Assembly (NCBI GenBank): GCA_021767705.1
Contig: JAASSU010000001.1
Coordinates: 7,558-71,557 of the forward strand
DNA from: Bacteroidota bacterium
GTDB lineage: Bacteria; Bacteroidota; Bacteroidia; Bacteroidales; JAIPAH01
Direction of reading: 5' to 3'
Length of the DNA: 64,000 nucleotides
Shown here: piece by piece, positions 17,171-26,981 of the stretch
How the letters are laid out: each line of letters begins with the position of its first letter
Numbering within the stretch: position 1 is the first letter of the stretch
The notes under the pieces: generated by a model
Told to the model about the DNA's origin: nothing
What the model saw: only the letters and a program-made list of their open reading frames with translations
Databases searched by the model: none
Position numbers and translations under genes: made by a program

Positions 17171-19450
17171 ATGAATGCACTCGTTAAAATAATCTCAAAA
17201 CACTCCTGGCTACTAATGGCTGGGATATTAGCGCTTACCGTTTATTTCTTTGTTGAGATGTCAGCCAACAGTGAAATGGAAACTGATTTGGATGAATACA
17301 TGCCACAAGATCATCCGGCTTTTATATACAGTGATTCAGCAGAAGCAATATTCAATATCAAGGATGGAATTATCATTGCCATTGAAAATAAAAATGGGAT
17401 TTACAATCCGCAAACGCTGAAGAAGATCAAGAAACTGACCGAAGATTTGCAGCAAATGAAGCAAATTGAAAAAGGAGATGTGACTTCCCTGTATACTGCC
17501 GACAACATCGTCGGCACAGAAATCGGACTGGATGTGACCTCCTTTTATGAAGAAGTACCTGAATCTTCTGATAAGCTGCAAAGCATACAGCAAAACGTCA
17601 GAACTAACGAGATGGTTTATGAGCGGATCGTATCCGAAGATGAAACCGTCTCAGTGATTATTGCCGAAATCAATGACGATGTTTTTTCCATGGACTTCTA
17701 CCATGAAATATTGGATTTGGCCGACTCTTACGAAGACGGAGAGCATAAATTATACGTAGCCGGAACACCTATTGTAGAAGGGACTATGGCATATCTGGGG
17801 CCAAAAGATATGAAAAAGATGGTTCCCATTGTCATCTTGGTTATCATTATTGTTCTATATATCACGTTGCGAAACGTCAAAACCACCATCCTCACTTTGA
17901 TGGTAGTGCTTTTAAGCGTTATATGGGCCTTTGGCCTGATGGCGGCATTAGGTGTCCCGATTTACTCAGTATCTACCATGATGCCGGTAATGCTTATTGC
18001 GATCGGGGTGGCCGATGGCATCCACTTGTTTAACCATATGTCACTTTTCCTGAAGGAAAATCCTAAAGCAAATAGGGTGGATGCAATAAAAGATATGTTG
18101 AAAAACATGTGGAAGCCCGTTGCTATGACCTCCATCACTACGTCTATCGGGTTTATCTCTCTGCTTACTTCCGAAGTATATCCTATTAAGTACTTCGGGT
18201 TGTTTACCGCTTTTGGCGTACTTGCTGCCATGTTCTTTTCTTTGGTTTTTCTACCTGCCGGCATTATGATTTTTAATAAGCCTAAAAACATCAGAAAGAG
18301 AAAGTCCGTGAATCAAAAGCATCCTTTAGCCCATAACCTTTCCGCATGGGTTATTCAGAATAAATTACTGATCATCGTTATCACGTTTCTGATACTGGGA
18401 TTAGGTGTTTACGGAACACAGAAAGTCTGGATAAACTCCAGCTTTCTCGATAAATTTGAACGTGATAGCGACATCGTACAAACCGATAAGTTTATTAATC
18501 AGAAATTCGGAGGGACAACTACCCTTAATGTCATCCTGTCGGCTGACAGAAAGAACACATTTAAGGAGCCTGAAGTTCTGAAGCTGATGAGCACGATGCA
18601 GGATAATGTTGTTTCATCGCTTGACATAGTCGGGAACTCTTTTTCGTTGTCTGATTACCTTGAAAGAATGAACAAGGTAATGCATGCGGATGATGAAGCC
18701 TATAACAGAATCCCGGATTCACAGGATTTGAACGCGCAATATTTATTGTTATACGAGATGTCGGGCGATCCGGATAACCTGTGGGAGGTGGTAAATTACG
18801 ATTATAATTCAGCCAACCTTACCATACAAATTAAGCAAGACGACACCAAGTCGCTTAATGCCACTCTTGACGCCGTTAAAAAGTATGAACAAAAATTCAA
18901 CAAGTTGGGTGTGGATATTGATTTTGCCGGGTCGGGGTACACATCTCTTGTATTTACTGACCTGATTCTGGAAGGACAGGTCAAAAGCCTGATTCTGTCA
19001 CTCATTCTCATAATAATATTGCTTTCGCTCATGTTCCGTCAGGTAAGTATCGGGTTTATCGGTGCAGTTCCTATTGCGGTAACAGCCATTCTTAGCTTTG
19101 GCGTAATGGGACTGTTAGATATTCCTTTAAGCACAACCACTGCCCTGATGGCTTCTATTGCCATCGGAATCGGTATTGACTATGCTGTGCATTTTATCGA
19201 GCGATACCGCATCAGCCAAAAGACTTACACGGATAAGCTTAAAATAGCCACTGCTACTATGGATCACTCCGGCCGGGCTATCCTTTTCAATGCGGTAGTG
19301 GTTATAGCTGGGTTCCTGGTACTGACATTCTCGGTATTCCCGCCAAACAGGGCACTTGGTGCACTGGTCTCCTTTAACATGTTCACCAGTTTTGTGGGTA
19401 CCATCACCATTATGCTGGTGCTACTTCATTGGAAAAAGAAATTTAAATAA
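17171..19450 (+). CDS. MMPL/RND-superfamily exporter (two 6-TM bundles with two large extracytoplasmic loops)
   Basis: 759 aa with the duplicated TM-bundle architecture typical of MMPL-family transporters, and SSD-like segments (GVADGIHLFNH, GIGIDYAVHFIERY). Confidence 0.85.
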   Translation: MNALVKIISKHSWLLMAGILALTVYFFVEMSANSEMETDLDEYMPQDHPAFIYSDSAEAIFNIKDGIIIAIENKNGIYNPQTLKKIKKLTEDLQQMKQIEKGDVTSLYTADNIVGTEIGLDVTSFYEEVPESSDKLQSIQQNVRTNEMVYERIVSEDETVSVIIAEINDDVFSMDFYHEILDLADSYEDGEHKLYVAGTPIVEGTMAYLGPKDMKKMVPIVILVIIIVLYITLRNVKTTILTLMVVLLSVIWAFGLMAALGVPIYSVSTMMPVMLIAIGVADGIHLFNHMSLFLKENPKANRVDAIKDMLKNMWKPVAMTSITTSIGFISLLTSEVYPIKYFGLFTAFGVLAAMFFSLVFLPAGIMIFNKPKNIRKRKSVNQKHPLAHNLSAWVIQNKLLIIVITFLILGLGVYGTQKVWINSSFLDKFERDSDIVQTDKFINQKFGGTTTLNVILSADRKNTFKEPEVLKLMSTMQDNVVSSLDIVGNSFSLSDYLERMNKVMHADDEAYNRIPDSQDLNAQYLLLYEMSGDPDNLWEVVNYDYNSANLTIQIKQDDTKSLNATLDAVKKYEQKFNKLGVDIDFAGSGYTSLVFTDLILEGQVKSLILSLILIIILLSLMFRQVSIGFIGAVPIAVTAILSFGVMGLLDIPLSTTTALMASIAIGIGIDYAVHFIERYRISQKTYTDKLKIATATMDHSGRAILFNAVVVIAGFLVLTFSVFPPNRALGALVSFNMFTSFVGTITIMLVLLHWKKKFK

Positions 19451-19469
19451 TCCTAAAAATTAAATAATT

Positions 19470-20255
19470 ATGTTACGTAAAAATTTAAAATTCAGAAACA
19501 TCATTTTATTACTGCTTCTTATCCCGTTTATGAGTAACGCTCAAAACCTGACGGGAAAAGAAATCATTGAAAAGGTGTATTCCCGCGACGACGGAGACGA
19601 CCGCCGCGGAAAGCTGACCATGACCCTGATTAATTCACGGGGCGATCAAAGGGTCAGAGAAATTAAACAATTCGACAAAGACTTTGGCAAGGAAGATAAA
19701 AAGATCATGTTCTTCATTTCGCCCGCCGATGTACGAAATACTTCATTTATGAACTGGAGCTACGATGACCCGGCGAAGGATGATGATCAATGGATCTATC
19801 TTCCGGCCCTGGGGAAAGTAAAACGAATCTCCAGCGACAGCAAAGACGACTATTTTATGGGCTCGGACTTCACCTATGACGATTTAGGAGACCGCCACCC
19901 CGATGAAGACACTCATAAACTTTTACGGGAAGAAACCGTGGATGGAGAAGAGTGCTATGTTGTGGAAAGTTTGCCGAAAGAAGACGGTTACATGTATTCC
20001 AAAACGGTAACCTGGGTGATCAAGGATAAATGGATTGGACTTCAGAAAAAGTTTTATGACGAAGATGGTGAGTATCTGAAGACGTTGAATGTGAAAGAGT
20101 ATAAAGATTACGACGGAATTCTGGTCATCACCCATTCAGTCATGCACAATGTGCAGAAAGATCATAAAACCGTCATGGAATACCAGAACGTCAAACTCAA
20201 CACCGGTATTGATTCCGGGTACTTCACTGAACGAATGATGACACGCGGATTATAA
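19470..20255 (+). CDS. LolA-like outer-membrane lipoprotein-sorting protein
   Basis: Signal peptide. LolA_like hallmarks are DDDQWIYLPALGKVKRISS and FMGSDFTYDDL. Confidence 0.8.
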   Translation: MLRKNLKFRNIILLLLLIPFMSNAQNLTGKEIIEKVYSRDDGDDRRGKLTMTLINSRGDQRVREIKQFDKDFGKEDKKIMFFISPADVRNTSFMNWSYDDPAKDDDQWIYLPALGKVKRISSDSKDDYFMGSDFTYDDLGDRHPDEDTHKLLREETVDGEECYVVESLPKEDGYMYSKTVTWVIKDKWIGLQKKFYDEDGEYLKTLNVKEYKDYDGILVITHSVMHNVQKDHKTVMEYQNVKLNTGIDSGYFTERMMTRGL

Positions 20256-20268
20256 AAAAACAGTAGCT

Positions 20269-21510
20269 ATGATACCAACGTTGCGAAACTTACTCATTTT
20301 TCTTGTTTTATCAACTGTGAGCTTTACAAGTGTCGGCCAAACCCCGGAAATTCACGGCTATGTCCGGAATTATACCGGGGCCCTGACCGGCCAGAACGGG
20401 GACTTTTCGATAGTCCAGAATACGCTGGAATTGGATATTGAAAAGACTACTTTTGATATGGCTTTCAAGGCCAATCCGTATATCTATCAATATGCGCATA
20501 AAGACGAGCTGGACTATGGGCTGCGCGAAGCCTATATCGACCTCTACACCGAAAATATGGATATCCGGCTGGGTAAGCAGCAAATCATCTGGGGCAAGGC
20601 CGACGGGGTATTCATCACCGATGTGGTATCCCCGAAAGACTTGCGGGAATTCCTTCTCCCTAATTTTGATGAGATACGCCAGGGCATTACCGCGGCGAAA
20701 ATCGATTACTATTCGGGCAACAACACGTTTGAACTGGTGTGGGCACCGGTCTTTGTCCCCACGCATTATCCCGAAGAAGAGTCGATTTGGTTCCCCAAAA
20801 GCTATCCGGATAACTACATTATCGATAAATCGGAAAAAGATGTCAAAGCAGGGCTGGAAAACAGCGAGCTCTTTTTTAAATACTCGCGCTTGTCAAGCAC
20901 CTTCGATGTTGAACTAATGGCCGGCTACATGTGGGATGATGACCCGGCTATGCATACCAGGCGGTATATGGATCCACAGACCATGACGGTTGATTCAGTG
21001 GTGGCGACACCCGAACATCACCGGCTATCGCTGGCCGGTGGAAGTTTTAGCACCCAGATAGAGGGGGTGGTTTTGCGCAGTGAAGCCGCCTACTATATAG
21101 GGAAGAAATTTCCCACCCAAAATCCAGCTGATAAAGATGGCATTACGGAAAAAGATTACGCCCATTACCTGGTGGGTGCCGACTTTATTGTAGGTGGAGC
21201 AAATGTGAGTTTACAATTCATACAGGAAACCATATTGGATTATGAAGAGCCGCTGGTGCAGGATGAATTTAGTAATACCATGACCTTCCTAGTGAATGAC
21301 GATTACCTGAATAATAAACTGACGCTGGAGCTATTTGCCTACATCGGGCTGGACAATGAAGATGCCCTCATCCGTCCAAAGGCGACGTATGAATTGCATA
21401 ACGGGCTTAACCTGATTACCGGGGCCAACCTCTTTACCGGAACTAAGGGAAGATTTGGTCAGTATAATGCAAATGACATGGCGTATTTTAAACTTAGATA
21501 TGATTTTTAA
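20269..21510 (+). CDS. Putative outer-membrane beta-barrel protein of the MMPL module
   Basis: Signal peptide, beta-strand-rich sequence and a terminal aromatic residue (FKLRYDF). Confidence 0.5.
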   Translation: MIPTLRNLLIFLVLSTVSFTSVGQTPEIHGYVRNYTGALTGQNGDFSIVQNTLELDIEKTTFDMAFKANPYIYQYAHKDELDYGLREAYIDLYTENMDIRLGKQQIIWGKADGVFITDVVSPKDLREFLLPNFDEIRQGITAAKIDYYSGNNTFELVWAPVFVPTHYPEEESIWFPKSYPDNYIIDKSEKDVKAGLENSELFFKYSRLSSTFDVELMAGYMWDDDPAMHTRRYMDPQTMTVDSVVATPEHHRLSLAGGSFSTQIEGVVLRSEAAYYIGKKFPTQNPADKDGITEKDYAHYLVGADFIVGGANVSLQFIQETILDYEEPLVQDEFSNTMTFLVNDDYLNNKLTLELFAYIGLDNEDALIRPKATYELHNGLNLITGANLFTGTKGRFGQYNANDMAYFKLRYDF

Positions 21511-21511
21511 T

Positions 21512-21985
21512 ATGAAAACGGTCGATAAAAAATATCAACAGGTTTGTAAGGCTTATCTGCTTGTATTATTGATGAGCACTGGGGTAATTTCTCAAGCTCA
21601 GGAAATCAACTATGACATTTCGGGCTATATCTATTTACCGGATAATTATCAGTTGTCTTCCGAAGATGAGGTTCACCTCTTTTTATTGACCGAAAAAACA
21701 TTTAAAAGACCGTATACAGGAATAAAAAAAATAAAACGGGCGGTTACCGGTGGAGATGGAGAAAAGGTTCACTTTGTTATTCGTGACGTTGAGGAAGGGG
21801 TTTACGCCCTTCGGTGCTATTTGGATGAGAATAACAACGGTGAGCTGGACACCTTTTTGATGATACCCAGAGAGCCTTGGTGTTTATCCTGGGAAGAAGG
21901 GCAACGAAAGGTGCCGCCCCGTTTTAAAGATATTTCATTTGAAGTAAAAGAAGATATTTCAAGAAATCTCTATTTAAAATATTGA
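21512..21985 (+). CDS. DUF2141-like secreted protein
   Basis: ATG at 21512 is preferred because the track start overlaps the upstream gene. It has a signal peptide and the motif YALRCYLDENNNGELD, which is typical of DUF2141. Confidence 0.6.
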   Translation: MKTVDKKYQQVCKAYLLVLLMSTGVISQAQEINYDISGYIYLPDNYQLSSEDEVHLFLLTEKTFKRPYTGIKKIKRAVTGGDGEKVHFVIRDVEEGVYALRCYLDENNNGELDTFLMIPREPWCLSWEEGQRKVPPRFKDISFEVKEDISRNLYLKY

Positions 21986-21990
21986 TTGCT

Positions 21991-22587
21991 ATGGAAATAA
22001 CAGAACAAAAGATACTGCACGCTGCCAAAAAGATGTTTTTCACCCTTGGTTATCATAAAACCAAGATGGTTGTGCTGGCTAAACAAGCTGAAGTAAACAA
22101 AGCACTTATTCATTATTATTTCTCTGATAAAGAAAAACTATTTAAAATCGTTATTGAGGAGGTTATCAATGAAGATGTGGTTTTAACTCTCGACAACCTG
22201 AATAAAGACATTCCGTTTTATTTTAAAATAAAAGTCTTTGAAGATTTCCGGGATTTACTCATTACAAAATATCCTCATTTGCCTGTCATTCTCATTTCAC
22301 CAAATGAACCAGGGCATCAATGGGCATTTGAGGTGTTGGAAAAAAGTGGGCTCGGTCTTGACAAGTTTGCGGGAGAAATGAAATTGCACACCCACAATTT
22401 TCCTGTTTCTATAAAAGAACCCAAAGCGGCGATCATCTTTCTGCTGTCGATAGCTATCTTTCCTTATCTTTTTAAAGATATCATGCAGCTTTTTCTTCGT
22501 ATCGATCAGGAACAATACAATTCTGATATAGGGCAACACATGGAGAAGCTGCTTTATTTTATTGATAACAATCCAGTACGCACATGA
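21991..22587 (+). CDS. TetR/AcrR-family transcriptional regulator
   Basis: HTH is GYHKTKMVVLAKQAEVNKALIHYYFSDK. The stop overlaps the cyclase start (ATGA). Confidence 0.85.
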   Translation: MEITEQKILHAAKKMFFTLGYHKTKMVVLAKQAEVNKALIHYYFSDKEKLFKIVIEEVINEDVVLTLDNLNKDIPFYFKIKVFEDFRDLLITKYPHLPVILISPNEPGHQWAFEVLEKSGLGLDKFAGEMKLHTHNFPVSIKEPKAAIIFLLSIAIFPYLFKDIMQLFLRIDQEQYNSDIGQHMEKLLYFIDNNPVRT

Positions 22588-23675
22588 ACAACATCCGGAA
22601 ATATGAGCTGAACCATCTGCTGGCAAGCATCATTATCTGGATTATTGCATTGCAAGTGTTTCTGTTTATTCGTTTTAGTGGTTACGATTCTGATACCATT
22701 AACATCATTGCTCCTAAAGTGCTTCTGCTGTTCTGGCATAATAAGCCTCTTGCCTTTGTGACGGGAGGATTGACAGGCGCGATATTTGGAATGCTTGAAC
22801 TTTATGTTTTCAAAACCAAATGGAAACATATCGGTTTCTATAAAGTATTGCTTTTCCGGCTTCTCACTTATCTTATTTCGCTTGTGTTTATCACAGCACT
22901 TACCGCTTTCACCTACAGCCTGCTTATTAAAAATCAAAAGATAGTAGAAGCATTTTATGGCCTCCGTGATTTTCTAAAAAGTGAACATTACCTGATAATC
23001 TCTGCATATGGTTTGCTGGTGAGCCTGACGCTATTCTTTTTTGGACAGATGAATAAAAAAATAGGTGATGGCGAGATTTTTAATATCCTAAGGGGTAAAT
23101 ACCATCATCCGCGGGAAGAGTGCCGCTATTTCATGTTTCTAGACCTGGAAGACTCCACGCATATAGCATCCGTACTGGGTCATGTGAGGTTCAGTGAAAT
23201 GCTACAGGATGCTTATGCCCGTATGTCGAAGTTCGTTATAATGTATGAAGCAACCATCTATCAACATGTTGGGGATGAGGTAGTGCTAACCTGGCGATGC
23301 CATAAAACGCCACAAAAGCCATTGTATTTCTTTTTTGCTTTTGAGGATTTTTTAAAAAGTAATCAGCAGGTCTATCGCAGAAAATATGGCTTTACCCCCA
23401 GGTTCAGAGCTTCACTCAACGCCGGAATTGTTACTGTGGCTGAAGCCGGAATCACCAAAAAGGAAACAGTATTTCATGGGGATGTTCTGAATGTGGCAGC
23501 GCGGGTTCAAAAACTTTGTAAAGAATATGATGCGTCGTTTTTAACCACAAATAATGTGGCAAAAATGATAAAATCACCCATCGACAACATCTCCGTTAAA
23601 AAAATAGGATACAGGTTATTGAAAGGCAAGAGTGAAAAAACGGCGGTTTTCAATATTAAACGGAATGAGACCTAA
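22584..23675 (+). CDS. Membrane-anchored class III adenylate/guanylate cyclase
   Basis: N-terminal TM helices. The catalytic domain has FMFLDLEDSTHIA (metal Asp), VGDEVVLTW and FHGDVLNVAARVQ. Confidence 0.85.
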   Translation: MNNIRKYELNHLLASIIIWIIALQVFLFIRFSGYDSDTINIIAPKVLLLFWHNKPLAFVTGGLTGAIFGMLELYVFKTKWKHIGFYKVLLFRLLTYLISLVFITALTAFTYSLLIKNQKIVEAFYGLRDFLKSEHYLIISAYGLLVSLTLFFFGQMNKKIGDGEIFNILRGKYHHPREECRYFMFLDLEDSTHIASVLGHVRFSEMLQDAYARMSKFVIMYEATIYQHVGDEVVLTWRCHKTPQKPLYFFFAFEDFLKSNQQVYRRKYGFTPRFRASLNAGIVTVAEAGITKKETVFHGDVLNVAARVQKLCKEYDASFLTTNNVAKMIKSPIDNISVKKIGYRLLKGKSEKTAVFNIKRNET

Positions 23676-25224
23676 AGAGAATCAGATACGCTTACTGAAT
23701 AAAAGTATACAGAGAGTACAGAAAAAGGTTTGTTCTCATAACCCTATTCTTTTTCTGACCTTAATCAACGTGGTGGTTGCATGGCTGCGTATCCAATACA
23801 TTAATGCAAACGGAATAGACCTTTCAACAGAAGAGACCCAGTATTGGCTTTGGTCAAAAAATATAGATTGGTCTTATTATTCCAAGCCTCCACTCATCGC
23901 ATGGGTAAATTATTTGTCCGGCACTCTTTTACTAAACGGAGAATTTAGTGTCAAGATAAATGCAATTCTTATCGGGTTTGTAAGTCCTTACCCACTCTAT
24001 TTTCTGGCCAAAAGATTATACAATCAATATTATATTGCTTTTATCGCAGCACTTCTGCTACTTACTTTTCCTTTCTTCAATTATATCTCCACTTATTTTA
24101 CTACAGATTCTCTGGTATTTCTCTTTTGGCTGTTTACTTTATTATATACATGGAAAGCCATTGACACCGGACGGATCATTCAATGGGTGTTTGCGGGACT
24201 TTTTATGGGACTTGGTTTACTGAGCAAATACACGATGGTTTTGTTCTATCCGGCTTTAGCCATTTTTCTATTGTTTGAAAAACAGTTTATTCACCATTTA
24301 AAAGGGCTGGTTATATTTACAGTCATTTCATCATTATTTTTATTACCAGTGCTATATTGGAACTTAACGCATGATTTTGTGTCGTTTAAGCACGTTTTTC
24401 ACCTTTCAAAAGCCACTGATTCACAAAGTCTTATTGAAATGCTTAAAAACATTGGAGAATATTTAGGCAGCCAGTTATTGGTGCTATCCCCTTTCTACAT
24501 ATTTTTAATCATAATTACCGTACATTTTTTCAAAAAAGAAAGAAAACAAAAGTTATCATTGATGGGAACGCGGTATTTGATAATACCCGTCGTATTTATC
24601 TGGGTTGTCTTTTCATTAATTGCTGTAAAAAATATTGAGGCGAATTGGTTGATCTTTTCTTATGGGGCTATTCCTATTTTACTGGCCAATTATTTTTTTC
24701 TCGATTTTCCTGTTAAATGGAAAGCCGTAGTTATTTCTGCCACTGTTTTGCTGCAAATACTGATGTTAAACCCTTCCATTTTGGATCAGTGGGGATTAAG
24801 AAAACTTTACCCCCCGGAATTTGATACGCTGCACCGTTTTGCCGGCTGGAAAGAGCTTGGCGAAAAAGTTACTGAATTAAGTCATAAAGCGGGTGATAAA
24901 ACATTCATATTTTCCGATAATTACCACATTGCCTCCGAGTTGGCATTTTACGTTAAAGGACAACCACAAACATATTGCATCAATCTTGGGAGACGGATGA
25001 ATCAATTTGACCTGTGGCCGGACATCAAACAGTTTGAAAACAAAAATTATCATGCTATTTATGTCTCTAACGATAAAGCGCCTGATAGCTTATTAAACGC
25101 CTTCAATGATACAAAAAAGTATACCTATAATAGAAAGTACCGGGAAAAATACAAGCGGAAAATGTATATTTATGTTTTCAAGGATTTTAAGTGTTTTAAC
25201 GACAGGAAAACTGAATCTTTTTAG
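23665..25224 (+). CDS. GT39/ArnT-like glycosyltransferase (polytopic membrane protein)
   Basis: More than 10 TM helices with an ArnT/PMT-like N-terminal loop (ETQYWLWSKNIDWSYYSKPPLIAW). The start is uncertain: GTG 23632 or ATG 23665, and both overlap the cyclase gene. Confidence 0.7.
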   Translation: MRPKENQIRLLNKSIQRVQKKVCSHNPILFLTLINVVVAWLRIQYINANGIDLSTEETQYWLWSKNIDWSYYSKPPLIAWVNYLSGTLLLNGEFSVKINAILIGFVSPYPLYFLAKRLYNQYYIAFIAALLLLTFPFFNYISTYFTTDSLVFLFWLFTLLYTWKAIDTGRIIQWVFAGLFMGLGLLSKYTMVLFYPALAIFLLFEKQFIHHLKGLVIFTVISSLFLLPVLYWNLTHDFVSFKHVFHLSKATDSQSLIEMLKNIGEYLGSQLLVLSPFYIFLIIITVHFFKKERKQKLSLMGTRYLIIPVVFIWVVFSLIAVKNIEANWLIFSYGAIPILLANYFFLDFPVKWKAVVISATVLLQILMLNPSILDQWGLRKLYPPEFDTLHRFAGWKELGEKVTELSHKAGDKTFIFSDNYHIASELAFYVKGQPQTYCINLGRRMNQFDLWPDIKQFENKNYHAIYVSNDKAPDSLLNAFNDTKKYTYNRKYREKYKRKMYIYVFKDFKCFNDRKTESF

Positions 25225-25267
25225 ATTTTAGAAACTTCAGCCAATACGATTAAATAAAATCACAACC

Positions 25268-25591
25268 ATGCAGACATTCAACCTTAAAAAAATGGAAGTT
25301 TATCCCTATGAACAGCGGGATAAGAACGTGTTGTATGAGACCGATACGTTTAAGACCAGACTCATTGAACTGAAAGCCGGAGACAAAATGCCTCCTGATG
25401 AGCCATGTAAAATGGAGTCGTATGCAATCTTTTACATCATCTTGGGTAAGATAGGTATTACGGTCAATGGCGAATACGACGAACCGGAAGAGGGTCATTG
25501 TGTGATGGCAGAACCCGGCAATTATAGGATGGAAGCAAAAGCGCCCAGTAAGCTCATGGGCGTACAAATTCAACCAACAGAAAAATTATGA
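25268..25591 (+). CDS. Cupin-domain protein
   Basis: 107 aa with a small beta-barrel pattern (AIFYIILGKIGITVNGE...GHCVMAEPGNYRMEA). ATGA overlap with the next gene. Confidence 0.6.
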   Translation: MQTFNLKKMEVYPYEQRDKNVLYETDTFKTRLIELKAGDKMPPDEPCKMESYAIFYIILGKIGITVNGEYDEPEEGHCVMAEPGNYRMEAKAPSKLMGVQIQPTEKL

Positions 25592-26067
25592 CGGTTCTAT
25601 TTATCATAACGGGGGTATTGCTGGTAGTTTCTTTTATTGCCAATAAGCAGAAAACGCTGGAAGGATTAAAAAAGGGAGCGCTGCAGTTTCTTAAGTTACT
25701 TCCAACGCTACTCAGTGTGATCATCCTGGTCAGTATCGCCATGCATTTCATCCCGGAAAAATCACTTATACAATACTTTGGTGACCCGGCTGGCGTGTTG
25801 GGGTATCTCTTAGCGGCTATTACCGGAAGCGTATCGCTCATCCCGGGGTTCATCTCCTACCCTCTTGCGGGCATGCTGGTGGAAAGTGGCGTTGGATACG
25901 GTGTGATTGCCCTGTTTATCACCACGCTAAAAATGGTAGGCATCCTGACTATTCCTCTGGAAGCTAAATATTTTGGAATGAAAGTAACCCTGCAACGTAA
26001 TGCACTCAGTCTGGTAGGAGCCATTATCATAGGAATAATTATGGCAGCCTTTTTTGCCATCACTTAA
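25588..26067 (+). CDS. Permease, first half of a split DUF318-like two-part permease
   Basis: 159 aa with about 4-5 TM, adjacent to a similar second half. Confidence 0.55.
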   Translation: MTVLFIITGVLLVVSFIANKQKTLEGLKKGALQFLKLLPTLLSVIILVSIAMHFIPEKSLIQYFGDPAGVLGYLLAAITGSVSLIPGFISYPLAGMLVESGVGYGVIALFITTLKMVGILTIPLEAKYFGMKVTLQRNALSLVGAIIIGIIMAAFFAIT

Positions 26068-26079
26068 ATTGAACCATGT

Positions 26080-26622
26080 ATGATTAGCGAGTTAAAGAAA
26101 TATAGATTTGATTTTACGGTAATCGTCCTTTCTGCAGGGCTTATTGCGGTCTCATACCTTGCCGGATGGACGACGGGCCAGCAATTGACAGAAACCACTT
26201 TCTGGCGCTTCCTGAAAGAGATGCTCACCATCCTGCCCTGCATGTTTATTCTGATTGGTCTTTTCGATGTGTGGATTCCGCGAGAAAAAATCGAAAAACA
26301 TGTCGGAACGGGCTCAGGATTCAAAGGCATTGCCCTGATGATCCTTCTTGCCGTAACCCAGGCCGGACCGTTGTATGCCGCTTTTCCTGTGGCTCATTTG
26401 TTATGGAAAAAAGGGTGCAGCCTTCGAAATATCTTCGTCTATGTAGGCACCTTCAGCGCAGCTAAAATTCCCATGATTACTTTTGAGATTGGTTTTCTGG
26501 GACTAAAGTTTTCCTTGCTCCGGTTAATTCTTACCATCCCGATGTTTATCCTTATAGCCATTGTCATGGAAAAGAATCTCAGGAATAAAAAGTATATAAT
26601 TCAAAATCAAAATGACCAATAA
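26080..26622 (+). CDS. Permease, second half of the split two-part permease
   Basis: 180 aa and polytopic. It starts 12 nt after the first half. Confidence 0.55.
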   Translation: MISELKKYRFDFTVIVLSAGLIAVSYLAGWTTGQQLTETTFWRFLKEMLTILPCMFILIGLFDVWIPREKIEKHVGTGSGFKGIALMILLAVTQAGPLYAAFPVAHLLWKKGCSLRNIFVYVGTFSAAKIPMITFEIGFLGLKFSLLRLILTIPMFILIAIVMEKNLRNKKYIIQNQNDQ

Positions 26623-26730
26623 TCTTAAAAGGCTTTAATTCATCGAAAGCACACAATAATCACGGGCTTTACAATTTATCTATTATTATATCAGACTTAT
26701 CCCTGGGCCAAAACAAAAAAGAAACTACAC

Positions 26731-26792
26731 GTTACAGAAACTTATTTGTTTCCGTAACTTGATTTATAATTTAGAAACATTATAAATATCAA
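26731..26792. promoter_or_regulatory. Two adjacent dyads in the AT-rich narK leader region
   Basis: The first is GTTACAGAAAC (26731-41), a TTATTT spacer and GTTTCCGTAAC (26748-58), matching at 10 of 11 positions. The second is TTGATTTATAAT (26759-70), an 8-nt spacer and ATTATAAATATCAA (26779-92), an imperfect dyad whose outer ends are TTGAT and ATCAA. Confidence 0.3.
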
Positions 26793-26981
26793 ACCTCTTT
26801 ACATTGTAGTATATTGATTATGTGTATTTTAATTTGATGTGTAAAAACTCAGAAAAATTTTTGGTTTAAACTAGCTGTTTAATTAAGTATATTAGTACCT
26901 AATTAATTAGAACGTTTTAAACAAAATATCAAAATGGTTTAGAACTTACTACCGGGCTATTAATAAAAATCATACTCGAAA

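Noticed and set aside
22201-22239. AATAAAGAC ... AAAGTCTTT as a third copy of the ytfE/norB palindrome
   Set aside because: The half-sites are separated by 21 nt rather than 6 and lie inside the TetR coding sequence, so this is probably chance.
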